Source of the DNA: a virus
Strand: one strand, 5' to 3'
DNA length: 64,000 nt
Virus record (IMG/VR): IMGVR_UViG_3300027831_000001
Location: 3,952 to 67,951 of that record
Numbering within the stretch: the stretch's first letter is position 1; each line of letters starts with the position of its first letter. A model generated the notes under the pieces. The model ran no database searches and was not told the DNA's origin. It saw only the letters and a list, made by a program, of their open reading frames with translations. Both the position numbers and the translations under genes were made by a program. Below, piece after piece: positions 27,122 to 35,554 of this stretch.

Positions 27122-28786
27122 GTGGGCCTGCTCTCCCGACTGCTCCGCCGCCAAGACTCCCGGCCCCTCGCCGCCCTGGCCCGGCGCGACCACTGGGGGA
27201 CGGCCTCGCCGGGCGGCCGTTGGGTTGGCCCCGGTGGCCAGGGCGGAGCCACCGATCGCACGGCCCAGACGAGCTGGGATCCCGGCTACCCGGTGGACCA
27301 GTGGCTGGCCGATGCGCTGCTGAGCGCCAACCCGTTGGCCCGTCGGATCGCGTCCCAAGAGCCCGAAGACGCGACGCGCGAGGGCTACGACCTCGTAGGC
27401 CTAGACCCCGGGGCGGCCGATGCCGTCGAACAGGCATGCGAGGGGGGCGAGCACGGCCGCGGCCTGGGCCTCTTGTCCGTCCTGGCCAAGGCCCGCACGT
27501 GGGCCCGGGCCTACGGCGGCGGCGCCCTGGTGCTCCTGGTGGACGACGGCCGGCCGTACGACCAGCCGATCGACCGCTCGAACATCCGGGCCGTGCGCGG
27601 GATCTTGGACGCCGATCGCTACGAGCTCACGGTGCAGCGGATCGGGATGGACCGCGACGAGCCGCAGACGTGGGGCAAGCCGCAACTCTACCGGTTGAAC
27701 CTCAACCGCGGCGGCGGGGTGGGCCAGGTTGCGACCGTCCACGCCGATCGGGTCGTGCGGCTCGACGGCGTGCCGCTACCTCGCCGGTTGAAGCTCCAGC
27801 GGCAAGGCTGGGACGGCTCGATCTTTGACCAGTGCTTCTCGGCCCTGCGCAACTACGGCGCGACGCTCGACCAGGTGGCCGAGGCCGTGTCGATGCTGAA
27901 CCAGGGCACGCTCACCTCTGAAGGCCTGGCCGAAGGCCTCGAGACCGAGCAAGGCCCGGCGATCTGGGACGCCCGCATGCTGGCCCTTCGGCGCTCCGCC
28001 GGCATGTACAACGACATCGCGCTCGGGCCCGGCGAGACCTACCAGGTGCACAATCGCAGCATGGCCGGCTTGGGCGAGGCCGTGCTCGCGCTCGAGGACG
28101 CCTTGATCGCCGCGGCGGACGGCATGCCCCGCTTGGTGCTCTTGGGCAAGCTCACCGCGGGCTTCAGCAACGGCTCCAACGGCGAGCTCCGGGCCTGGTA
28201 CGACACCGTCGCGGCTCGCCAGCCCCGCCACTACACGCCAGCGATCCAGGCCGTGGTGGACCTGGTGATGCTGTCCCACGAAGGCCCGACGGGAGGCCAG
28301 CGCCTGCCCTACACGGTGGAGTGGCGCCCGCTCTGGTCGCTCAGCGAGACCGAGCAGGCCCAGCGCGACCTCGCCCGAGCCCAGCGCCGCGCCACCGATC
28401 TGGGCGCCCGTGTGATCGACCGAGCCGAGGCCCGCCGCGAGCCCGCGGTGCTCGAGCTCTACGGCCCCCTGGATCCGGACGCGCCCGAGGAGGGACCGCC
28501 GGGCTCCGAGCCGCTGGACAGCGACGCTCCGCTGGCCGACGCGCCGGACGACGGCGTGATGCCGGAGGGCGTGGTGTCGCTCGTGTCCACGCCGCCCAGC
28601 ACGGCCCGACCGCCGGCCGACTTGCTGACCGAGGAAGAGGCCTGCGCGGCCGCCCGGATCAACGTGCGCCGGCTCCGACGGCTCATGCGCTCCGGGGCCC
28701 TGCCCTACTGGGATTTCGGCGGGGAGTGGAAGGTCTCGGCGGCCGACCTGGCCGCCCTGGGATCTAGCCACCACGTGGCCCCCTAG
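27122..28786 (+). CDS. Portal protein (DUF1073-type) with a C-terminal Xis-like HTH
   Basis: LARRI....EDATREG, WARAYGGG, VHADRV, MP..VLLG and W.PLW motifs; follows TerL. Confidence 0.9.
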   Translation: MGLLSRLLRRQDSRPLAALARRDHWGTASPGGRWVGPGGQGGATDRTAQTSWDPGYPVDQWLADALLSANPLARRIASQEPEDATREGYDLVGLDPGAADAVEQACEGGEHGRGLGLLSVLAKARTWARAYGGGALVLLVDDGRPYDQPIDRSNIRAVRGILDADRYELTVQRIGMDRDEPQTWGKPQLYRLNLNRGGGVGQVATVHADRVVRLDGVPLPRRLKLQRQGWDGSIFDQCFSALRNYGATLDQVAEAVSMLNQGTLTSEGLAEGLETEQGPAIWDARMLALRRSAGMYNDIALGPGETYQVHNRSMAGLGEAVLALEDALIAAADGMPRLVLLGKLTAGFSNGSNGELRAWYDTVAARQPRHYTPAIQAVVDLVMLSHEGPTGGQRLPYTVEWRPLWSLSETEQAQRDLARAQRRATDLGARVIDRAEARREPAVLELYGPLDPDAPEEGPPGSEPLDSDAPLADAPDDGVMPEGVVSLVSTPPSTARPPADLLTEEEACAAARINVRRLRRLMRSGALPYWDFGGEWKVSAADLAALGSSHHVAP

Positions 28787-29048
28787 TGGCCAACGCTCCG
28801 CCGAACGTGAGCAGTGCGCGCTCGCGCAAATCGGCGTCGGTCCCCTCGGGCTCCGTGTCCGTTGCGGGGCGCCGCAGGATGGACGGGCCGCTGAGCCAAT
28901 CGGCCGGGCCCCTGAACGACTCGCCCGTAGCCGCGAGATCCAACGTCGCCCGGACGCCCGTGGGGAAGGTGAGCGTCTGCGTGAGCACGGACGGAGCGAC
29001 CACGAGCGTGGCAGCACCGGCGAGGAAGCGGCGGCGGGTGGCCTTCAT
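28764..29048 (-). CDS. Small protein with a twin-arginine-like signal
   Basis: MKATRRRFLAGAATLVVAP; ATGA overlap. Confidence 0.55.
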   Translation of the reverse strand: MKATRRRFLAGAATLVVAPSVLTQTLTFPTGVRATLDLAATGESFRGPADWLSGPSILRRPATDTEPEGTDADLRERALLTFGGALATRGPRGG

Positions 29049-29401
29049 GGCTTCACCCCCGGCAAGTGCGAGCGGCGCCACGATGCCACCGATGCGCGAG
29101 ACGAACACCCGGCCATCCCGGGCCAAGTGCTCCGGGCGGGGCCGGGGGCACCGCGACGTGCCAGACGTACGCATGCGAGGGCCACGCGATCTTGACCCCG
29201 CCGCCGCAGCTTCTCGCCCATGACCGTCCAGGGGCACCCCGGGCAGCGCTGCAAGACGTCCACGGCGTGACCCAGGCGCCGTGCCTCACGGGCCAGCCGG
29301 CGCGCCCGCTTGCGTGACCGCGTGCGGTGGATGCTGGCTAGCCGCGAGCGCCTAGGGCCGATCCGGTGGCTCACGGCAATGAGCCATTCGGTGGCCTTCA
29401 T
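29045..29401 (-). CDS. Basic hypothetical protein
   Basis: ATGA coupling. Confidence 0.55.
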   Translation of the reverse strand: MKATEWLIAVSHRIGPRRSRLASIHRTRSRKRARRLAREARRLGHAVDVLQRCPGCPWTVMGEKLRRRGQDRVALACVRLARRGAPGPARSTWPGMAGCSSRASVASWRRSHLPGVKP

Positions 29402-29616
29402 GGCTCCACCCCCGGCTCGTCTGGCGAAGGCACGTACGGCCCCCACTGGGTCACGGCCTCCGCGATGTAGCTCCCACCGTAGATGCGGATGTATCGCTGG
29501 CAGGCATCCGGCGTGGTGGCCGTAGGCCGGTCAACGGTCACCAGCTCGCCGCACACCCAACGGCCGCCGCCGCCACGCAGGCGCACCCACCAAAACCCGT
29601 CTTGTCGATCGCTCAT
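29398..29616 (-). CDS. Hypothetical protein (MSDRQDGFWWV...)
   Basis: Class B promoter ATGCTAGCGT-7 nt-ATG. Confidence 0.65.
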   Translation of the reverse strand: MSDRQDGFWWVRLRGGGGRWVCGELVTVDRPTATTPDACQRYIRIYGGSYIAEAVTQWGPYVPSPDEPGVEP

Positions 29617-29664
29617 GCCTACCCACGCTAGCATGCCGGTCGCGTCTGTGCTAGCGTATTGCGA

Positions 29665-31572
29665 ATGAACACGTACGCGAAGCTTCTTGATCACCTGCGG
29701 TCCGGCCCGGTGGGTCTAACCTTTCTCCGCGACGCCCTGGAGGATCTGCTAGAAGCCCTGGCCCGCGACCTAGGCCGCACGGTCGATCCGGCGACCCCTG
29801 AGGCCGAGGTTGCCCGGGCCGCCGCCGAGATCGACCGCTTGGCCCGGGCCGGCACGTCTTGCTTGGTCGTCGCCGCAGAGCCGCCCGCCCAGGCCATGGA
29901 GTCCCTGGTGGCGCTTGGCTGGTCCTGGGTCCCGATGCGCTCGGAGATGGTGCGCGACGGCGCGATGCCGATCCGGGTGGCCTGGACGTCCTCCGCGATC
30001 CGCGGTCCCAGCTGCGGGGCCCTCTGGCTTGTCGGCGCCACGCAAGCGATGGCCGCGGAGGCGCGCCGGGGCCTTCGCCGCCCGCCCGGGGTGACGATCA
30101 CGACCGGCATGGTGGATCGGTCGGTTCCGGCGGGTGTCGAGCCCGTGATCCGGGACACCGACACGACCGATCCGCCAAGCGATCCCGAGCCCGTGCTGCC
30201 TCCGGGGTGCTCGATGCGGCCGGCTACCAGCCCGCCGTCATGGTGGGTCGTGCACGGGCTGGGCCACATGGTTGGGAGCGGATCGTCGCCAGATGCGGCT
30301 GCGCATGACGCGTGGGCGCTGTTCGGACGCTTCATGTCCCGGGAGGACTACGAGGCCCTGGTGGCCGCGGATCTCCGCGAGCTCGCCACAGCACGACGGC
30401 TCGACGACGCGCGCTTTGCCTTGGACGCCGCCGGGGTTGGGGACGGCGACATCGCGGCGAGGATCGGTGTTCTCGCATCGGATGCGACGCACTTCCAGGC
30501 CACGGCCGCACGGCTGCGCAAGGACGTAGCCGATGCCCAGGAGCGCGAGCGGCTGGCCTGGGCAGAGCGCGACCGAGCCTCGGAGCTTGCCAACGAAGCC
30601 GAGCGCCGCGTGGCCGCCATGGAGGCCGAGCGGGATGCACGAGCGCGCGACCGGCTCGGCCTTGAACAGCAGGCCCAGCGAGGACGCGAGGCGGAGCGCG
30701 AGCTGGCCGACGCGCGCGAGGGTTGGCTCAGGGCTGAGCGACGGGCCGAGCGGGTGGCCGACCTGGAGCGCCGCCTGGAGGCCGAGCACGACGCGACCCA
30801 TGCGGCGGAGCTCCGAGCCGAGGCCGCGGAAGACCGTGTCCTGGAGTTGACGGCCGCGCGCGGCCATGCCCGCGAGGAAGCCGATCGTCTGCGCCTCCTG
30901 GCGAAGTCGCGAGCGGCCGAGATCCTCGCCCTACTCGACCAGGTCCGCGCCGCGGAGGGCGAGGCCGACCGAGCGAAGGCCGACGAACTCGTGGCCCGGC
31001 AGCGGCATGCTGCCCTGGGAGACCTGTACAACGCTGAGCGGGCCAGGTTGATCGCCGAGCGGGACGCGTATGCCCGCGACTGGGCGGAAGCCGTGGGCGA
31101 GTGCGACGCGGCCCGGGCCATGACCGAGCGGACCAACGAGCTCTTGGCCACGATCGAGCTGCGCGAGCGCGACGGATTGGCCCGCCTGACCGCCGAGCGC
31201 GACGAAGCCCTGGGCAAGCTCACCGCCGTGACCCAGGAGCGTGACAAGGCCTGGGCCACGGCCAAGCGGGCGGCCGCCATGCTGCCCCCGATCAAGATCT
31301 TCCGCTCGCCGGAGCCGGGCGTACGCGAGCGCGTCGTGTTCCCCGACGGCTCGGTATGCGTGGAGCGAGAGACCATGGACGACCATCGACGGCAGGGGCA
31401 GCCGTGGGTTGTCCTCTGGGAGGTCTCGCCGCCGTACCCGGCCGAGTCGATGGCGGCCGACTGGTCGCACGAGCGGCGGCGCGGCTGGGATCAGGCCCTC
31501 GCCGCGCTGACCCAGTCCCGCGATCGCGCGGGCGTCATGCTCCTGGGGCCCGAGGATCCCGACCATGACTAG
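29665..31572 (+). CDS. Large coiled-coil protein
   Basis: Long A/E/R heptad region; class B promoter. Confidence 0.75.
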   Translation: MNTYAKLLDHLRSGPVGLTFLRDALEDLLEALARDLGRTVDPATPEAEVARAAAEIDRLARAGTSCLVVAAEPPAQAMESLVALGWSWVPMRSEMVRDGAMPIRVAWTSSAIRGPSCGALWLVGATQAMAAEARRGLRRPPGVTITTGMVDRSVPAGVEPVIRDTDTTDPPSDPEPVLPPGCSMRPATSPPSWWVVHGLGHMVGSGSSPDAAAHDAWALFGRFMSREDYEALVAADLRELATARRLDDARFALDAAGVGDGDIAARIGVLASDATHFQATAARLRKDVADAQERERLAWAERDRASELANEAERRVAAMEAERDARARDRLGLEQQAQRGREAERELADAREGWLRAERRAERVADLERRLEAEHDATHAAELRAEAAEDRVLELTAARGHAREEADRLRLLAKSRAAEILALLDQVRAAEGEADRAKADELVARQRHAALGDLYNAERARLIAERDAYARDWAEAVGECDAARAMTERTNELLATIELRERDGLARLTAERDEALGKLTAVTQERDKAWATAKRAAAMLPPIKIFRSPEPGVRERVVFPDGSVCVERETMDDHRRQGQPWVVLWEVSPPYPAESMAADWSHERRRGWDQALAALTQSRDRAGVMLLGPEDPDHD

Positions 31573-31744
31573 CCCATGCCCGCTCTGCGGCTGCCCTGCC
31601 CCGGGCGGCCATGCCTGCTCGACCGTCCCGGCGCTCCCGCCCGTGCCGCTTGTGGTGGACCACCGGGGACGCCGGGCCCTGGTGGTGGCCGAGCCACCGG
31701 CCCCGCGTGAGCAGCGGGGTGAGCCGGTGCGCCGTCGCGGGTAG
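31565..31744 (+). CDS. 59-aa protein (MTSPCPLCG...)
   Basis: Translated by hand; overlaps the upstream stop. Confidence 0.5.
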   Translation: MTSPCPLCGCPAPGGHACSTVPALPPVPLVVDHRGRRALVVAEPPAPREQRGEPVRRRG

Positions 31745-31761
31745 TGTGCTAGGGTGGTCGC

Positions 31762-31858
31762 GCTTGTAGCGGTGCCCTGGTCCGCTGGTAGATGGGGCGC
31801 GCAACACAGGCCAGCCTGTGCGCGATGGGTTCGACTCCGAAAAGCCGGACAAGCAAGC
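31762..31858 (+). ncRNA. Structured tRNA-like RNA 1 (canonical T-loop motif)
   Basis: GTGTGCTAGGGT promoter; GCTTGT/ACAAGC terminal stem; GGGTTCGACTCC at 31827-31838; terminator downstream. Confidence 0.6.
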
Positions 31859-31894
31859 AAGGGCGGGACTCGCAAGGGTTCCGCCCTTCTCTTT
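31859..31894 (+). terminator. Intrinsic terminator
   Basis: AAGGGCGGGAC...GTTCCGCCCTT followed by CTCTTT. Confidence 0.75.
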
Positions 31895-31920
31895 GGTGCC
31901 GGGTAGTGTGCTAGAGTGGC

Positions 31921-32040
31921 CGCGCTGGGGAGCCAGCGCGAAGGTGGCCACCGGGCAGCGATCCAGCCGCGTCGTAGCTCAGCCGGGGAGAGCACCGAGA
32001 TGATCGGAGGACGGCCGCACACCCAAGCGGCCCAGCGCGT
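31921..32040 (+). ncRNA. Structured tRNA-like RNA 2 (canonical D-arm motif)
   Basis: GTGTGCTAGAGT promoter; TAGCTCAGCCGGGGAGAGC at 31975-31993; cloverleaf-like fold with a shortened anticodon arm and a non-canonical T-loop. Confidence 0.6.
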
Positions 32041-32077
32041 GAAGGGCGGGACTTGTAAGGGTTCCGCCCTTCTTTTT
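32041..32077 (+). terminator. Intrinsic terminator (near copy of 31859-31894)
   Basis: GAAGGGCGGGAC...GTTCCGCCCTTC followed by TTTTT. Confidence 0.8.
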
Positions 32078-32098
32078 GGTGCCGGTAGCCTCGCGCCC

Positions 32099-32863
32099 AT
32101 GCTGGCCCTGCTGCTCTGGCTCCTAGCCCTGTCGCCCCGCGAGGCCGTGGCGTTCGTGACCCCGGTGGAGCACGAGCGCCAGGCCTTGCTGGCCATCGGC
32201 TGGCGAGAGTCACGGCTCCGCCGGGTCGGCCGCCACAAGGCCGATGACCGGCCCCGAGGGTGGACGGGCGACGGCAACACGGCGGCCCGGCGCGTCGGCT
32301 CCCGAGCCTGGGCCCGAGCCGTCCAGCGCGGGATCGTCCGGCCGTGGTGTCAGCCCCTGGGCGACGCTCGAGACTGGAGCACCCGCGGGCCGTGGGGCCA
32401 GGTGGCGGCCTATGCCGTGCCCTACCTGCCGGCCTGCTCGCCCCCGTGGGTCTTGGATCTGCCCGTCGTGTCGGCCTGGGCAGCCGTCCAGCGCCTGCGG
32501 GTGGCCCGGGGATCCGGGGCTCCGCCGGCCCTGCGCAGGTGGGCCCGGGAGGAAATCGACACGGGTGCACAATATCGGTTGACCGCGGAACGGATTAGGA
32601 CTAGCTTACTTTTCATGAGCACCGCAACCGCCAGCCACTACGCCATCAAGACCGGCCGCACCTTCACCGTCGTCAGCGTCTACGCCGACCGCAACCAGTG
32701 CGCGGTGGATGCCACGGCCGGCGGGCGGATCGTCCACCCCTTCACGACCGACCGCGACATCAAGGCCGCCGCGCGCGACGGTGCCGGGGTCGGCTTCAAG
32801 ACCCTGCGCGACGCCTTGGAGAGCCGCGAGGGCGTGACCCGTCGTCGCGACCTGGACTGTTGA
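32099..32863 (+). CDS. Signal-peptide-bearing lytic transglycosylase-like protein, reading in frame into the 32615 gene
   Basis: Hydrophobic N-terminus; AIGWRES (catalytic Glu-like), GPWGQ and LDLP..SAWAA..RL; class A promoter. Confidence 0.6.
   Translation: MLALLLWLLALSPREAVAFVTPVEHERQALLAIGWRESRLRRVGRHKADDRPRGWTGDGNTAARRVGSRAWARAVQRGIVRPWCQPLGDARDWSTRGPWGQVAAYAVPYLPACSPPWVLDLPVVSAWAAVQRLRVARGSGAPPALRRWAREEIDTGAQYRLTAERIRTSLLFMSTATASHYAIKTGRTFTVVSVYADRNQCAVDATAGGRIVHPFTTDRDIKAAARDGAGVGFKTLRDALESREGVTRRRDLDC
32576..32614 (+). promoter_or_regulatory. Class C-like promoter inside a coding frame
   Basis: CGG-TTGACC-17 nt-TAGCTT-7 nt-ATGAGCACCGCAACC. Confidence 0.7.
32615..32863 (+). CDS. Early hypothetical protein (MSTATASHY...)
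   Basis: Own promoter; MSTAT start shared with other class C genes. Confidence 0.7.
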   Translation: MSTATASHYAIKTGRTFTVVSVYADRNQCAVDATAGGRIVHPFTTDRDIKAAARDGAGVGFKTLRDALESREGVTRRRDLDC

Positions 32864-32879
32864 GCGCCATGCTCCCCCA

Positions 32880-34586
32880 GTGATCCTCGCCCCCGATGAC
32901 CTGCTGCCGAGCGGTCCAGCTCGCTGGACCCGGGAAGCCGTGGGCGAGGCCTGGGCCACATGCCGCCGCGCGCTCCGGGCCGCCTTGGCCGATCCGACGA
33001 TCGAGACCGTGGTGTGCCTCGCCGGGGCGCCGGCCTCGGGCAAGAGCACGTGGACGCGCGACCACGACGAGCCGGGCCTGGTGGTCTTTGATGCGTGCTG
33101 GGCCGAGCCGGGACGGCGGCGCGCGCTGGCCCAGCAGATCCGGCAGGCCGGCAAGGTCGCGATCGCCGTGTGGGTCGTGACCCCGTTGGAGGTCTGCCGG
33201 GAACGCAACGCCGCACGCCCGCCCGATCGCCACGTGCCCGACGGGGCCCTGACGCGCTCCTGGCTGGCCCTGCGCGAGTGCCCGCCCTCGCTGGCCGAGG
33301 GGTGGAGCCGGGTGCTCGTGCAGGACGGCACGGCCCCGCGGGTGCACGACGACGCGCTCCCGCCTGAGCGGCAGCTGGAGCGGCTCGGGCAGGCGCCGGC
33401 CAACCAGGCTTGGGCGCTCGCGCGCGGGCGCGTGCTACCGGCCTACCGGGAGGCCATGGCGCGCCTGGGAGAGCGCCGCGGGGCCGAGCCGCCGCCCCGG
33501 GTGGCCCAGTCGCTGCGGTCGCTCGCCAGGGCGTTGGAGCGCGGGCAGGCCGGCGACGACCAGGTGGGCCGGAGCCTGGGCCGGATCGGAGCTCGGGTGG
33601 AGCGGGCAGCTGTGCGCGAGGTCCAGACCCTGGTGGGCGAGCTCGTGCCGGGGTGGACGGCTGAGCCGCAAGACGAAGCGGTCTCGGACTGGGCCGAGCG
33701 GGTGGGCCAGCAGGTGGCCGACGTGCGGCGCCGGCTCGCGCCCGGGATCGATGCCGCGGTGGCCGAAGCATGGCGCAAGGGCTGGACCGCGGCGGAGCTC
33801 GAGCGCCACTGGAAGGAGCACGGCTTGCCGCTTGACGGCGGCGGGACGGCGGAGGGCCAAGGATCCGTGCTGGCCCACGACGCCCACGCGGGCCTGGTCC
33901 AGGAAGCGACGCGCGCGCACCAGGAAAGCGCGGGCCTCGACTGGTACGAATGGGAGCACAACCCCAGCGCGCACCCACGGCCCGAGCATGTGGCCCGCCA
34001 CGGCCAGGCCTTCCAGTGGAGCAAGCCGCCGGCCGACGGGCACCCCGGGACGCTGCGCAACTGCCGGTGTCGCGCCGTGCCGCTCGTCCGGCCCCAGGAT
34101 GTGGAGCGGCTGCGCGCCGTCGAGCGCCCGGCGATCTCAAGCGCTCCGCCGCCGACGGCGAAGATCGAACCCGGGAGCCGCGGCAACACGCGCGACCCGA
34201 TCCCGTTGGAGCTCGACGCCCCGACAAAAGAGGCTGCCGTTGCGGCGCTGGGCCGCGTGGGCCTGCGGGGTGTCGACATCATCGCGACCCGCAAGGGGCG
34301 ATCGGGCGTTGGCCGCTACCAGGGCACGGACCCCGCGCGAGCCTCTCGGATCGCCTTGGGCCAAGAGGGCCAGGCTGACGACGGGAAGCCCGTCGAGCCT
34401 CTGCGGATCCTGATCGAGATCGAGCACGACGGGACGACGAGCATGCACCTGCGGGACGGCAACCACAGGGCGATCGGCGCGCGCGAGGCCGGGGCAACGC
34501 ATCATGTGGCCGAGGTCGTGATCGCGCGCGAGACCGCCGGGGGCTGGACCGAGCAGAAACCATTCACGGCCGCCGTGGCCCTCTAG
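32880..34586 (+). CDS. MuF-type minor head protein with an N-terminal P-loop kinase and a C-terminal ParB/Srx-like domain
   Basis: GAPASGKS, VFDA and CRERNAAR; YEW...PRPEH...F.W..PP..GHPG...NCRC; LRDGNHRA. Confidence 0.8.
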   Translation: MILAPDDLLPSGPARWTREAVGEAWATCRRALRAALADPTIETVVCLAGAPASGKSTWTRDHDEPGLVVFDACWAEPGRRRALAQQIRQAGKVAIAVWVVTPLEVCRERNAARPPDRHVPDGALTRSWLALRECPPSLAEGWSRVLVQDGTAPRVHDDALPPERQLERLGQAPANQAWALARGRVLPAYREAMARLGERRGAEPPPRVAQSLRSLARALERGQAGDDQVGRSLGRIGARVERAAVREVQTLVGELVPGWTAEPQDEAVSDWAERVGQQVADVRRRLAPGIDAAVAEAWRKGWTAAELERHWKEHGLPLDGGGTAEGQGSVLAHDAHAGLVQEATRAHQESAGLDWYEWEHNPSAHPRPEHVARHGQAFQWSKPPADGHPGTLRNCRCRAVPLVRPQDVERLRAVERPAISSAPPPTAKIEPGSRGNTRDPIPLELDAPTKEAAVAALGRVGLRGVDIIATRKGRSGVGRYQGTDPARASRIALGQEGQADDGKPVEPLRILIEIEHDGTTSMHLRDGNHRAIGAREAGATHHVAEVVIARETAGGWTEQKPFTAAVAL

Positions 34587-34595
34587 GCTCCGGGC

Positions 34596-34784
34596 ATGCC
34601 CGACAGGTCACGCGCTCGGCCCCGACGTGTCACCCACGCCCATGCCGGCTACGCGCTGGCCAGCGCGGCCCTGACGGCCTCGATCGTGCTGGCCGAACAA
34701 GGTCAGTGGTACGGCGCCGCCGCGGCGCTCGTCGTCGCCACCCTGCTGGGCGAAGTGGGACGCCGCCAGCGGAGGCGCGCGTGA
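34596..34784 (+). CDS. Holin-like small membrane protein
   Basis: Two hydrophobic segments and a basic C-terminus; class A promoter. Confidence 0.5.
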   Translation: MPDRSRARPRRVTHAHAGYALASAALTASIVLAEQGQWYGAAAALVVATLLGEVGRRQRRRA

Positions 34785-35323
34785 GCTCCCCGCAGCGGCC
34801 CACGCTGGTGGACGTCGCGGCGCCGAGCCCCGACGTGTCGGGCGTGCAGCCGATCGCCCACGAGTCCACGCTGCTGCGCGACCTGGCCCGCGAAGCCCTC
34901 GCCGAGGTCAGGGGGCAAGCGGCCGCGCCTGCTCCAGCTGGTGGCGGTCCGGTGGCGCCCCGCATCGGATCCGCGACGCTTCTCGTCTTGGCCCTCGGCG
35001 GAGCCTTCCTGGTGCAGCGCGGCGAGGCGACGCGCGACTTGGTGGCCACGGCCACGGCCGAGCAGGCCAAGGTGATCGCCACCATGGAGGCCCGGCTGGC
35101 TACCGTGGAGCAGGACCGCAGCGCCGACCGAGGACGCGAGATCAAGCGTGATGACGCACTGCGCGAAGCCCTGTTCGTCCTGGCCGAGGACTCGCGCGCC
35201 GTCTGGGATGCGCTTGAGGTCCTGCACGGCAACACGGCGCCGGCCGGCGCCGCACCGCTGCGCAAGCCCACGACGTCAAGCCGGCTCACGGGGCTGCGCG
35301 ACACCGTGGGTCGCGTGGAGTAG
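34781..35323 (+). CDS. Membrane-anchored coiled-coil protein (possible lysis accessory)
   Basis: GTGA overlap; one TM segment followed by a coiled coil. Confidence 0.5.
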   Translation: MSSPQRPTLVDVAAPSPDVSGVQPIAHESTLLRDLAREALAEVRGQAAAPAPAGGGPVAPRIGSATLLVLALGGAFLVQRGEATRDLVATATAEQAKVIATMEARLATVEQDRSADRGREIKRDDALREALFVLAEDSRAVWDALEVLHGNTAPAGAAPLRKPTTSSRLTGLRDTVGRVE

Positions 35324-35332
35324 CCTCGCGCC

Positions 35333-35554
35333 ATGACCCGCTCCCGCAAGGTGATCCTGGCCTCGGGCCTCTCGCTCTCGCTCGCGACCGGCTACGCGAT
35401 CGCCCAGTGGTGGCCGATCTTGATCTGCTGTCGCACCGACGGGACGGACTGCTACCCGATCGAGCAAGCCCAGTCGTGCCCCGGTGATCACCTGGTCTAC
35501 GAGTGCACGTGCCCGACGACACTGCCCGACGGCACGACCGACTGCGGGTGCTAG
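35333..35554 (+). CDS. Secreted Cys-rich mini-protein
   Basis: Signal peptide ending AIA; 8 Cys in the mature part; class A promoter. Confidence 0.65.
   Translation: MTRSRKVILASGLSLSLATGYAIAQWWPILICCRTDGTDCYPIEQAQSCPGDHLVYECTCPTTLPDGTTDCGC

Noticed and set aside
31762-32040. Functional canonical tRNA genes
   Set aside because: Neither unit has D-arm, 7-nt anticodon loop and T-loop together; no anticodon can be assigned
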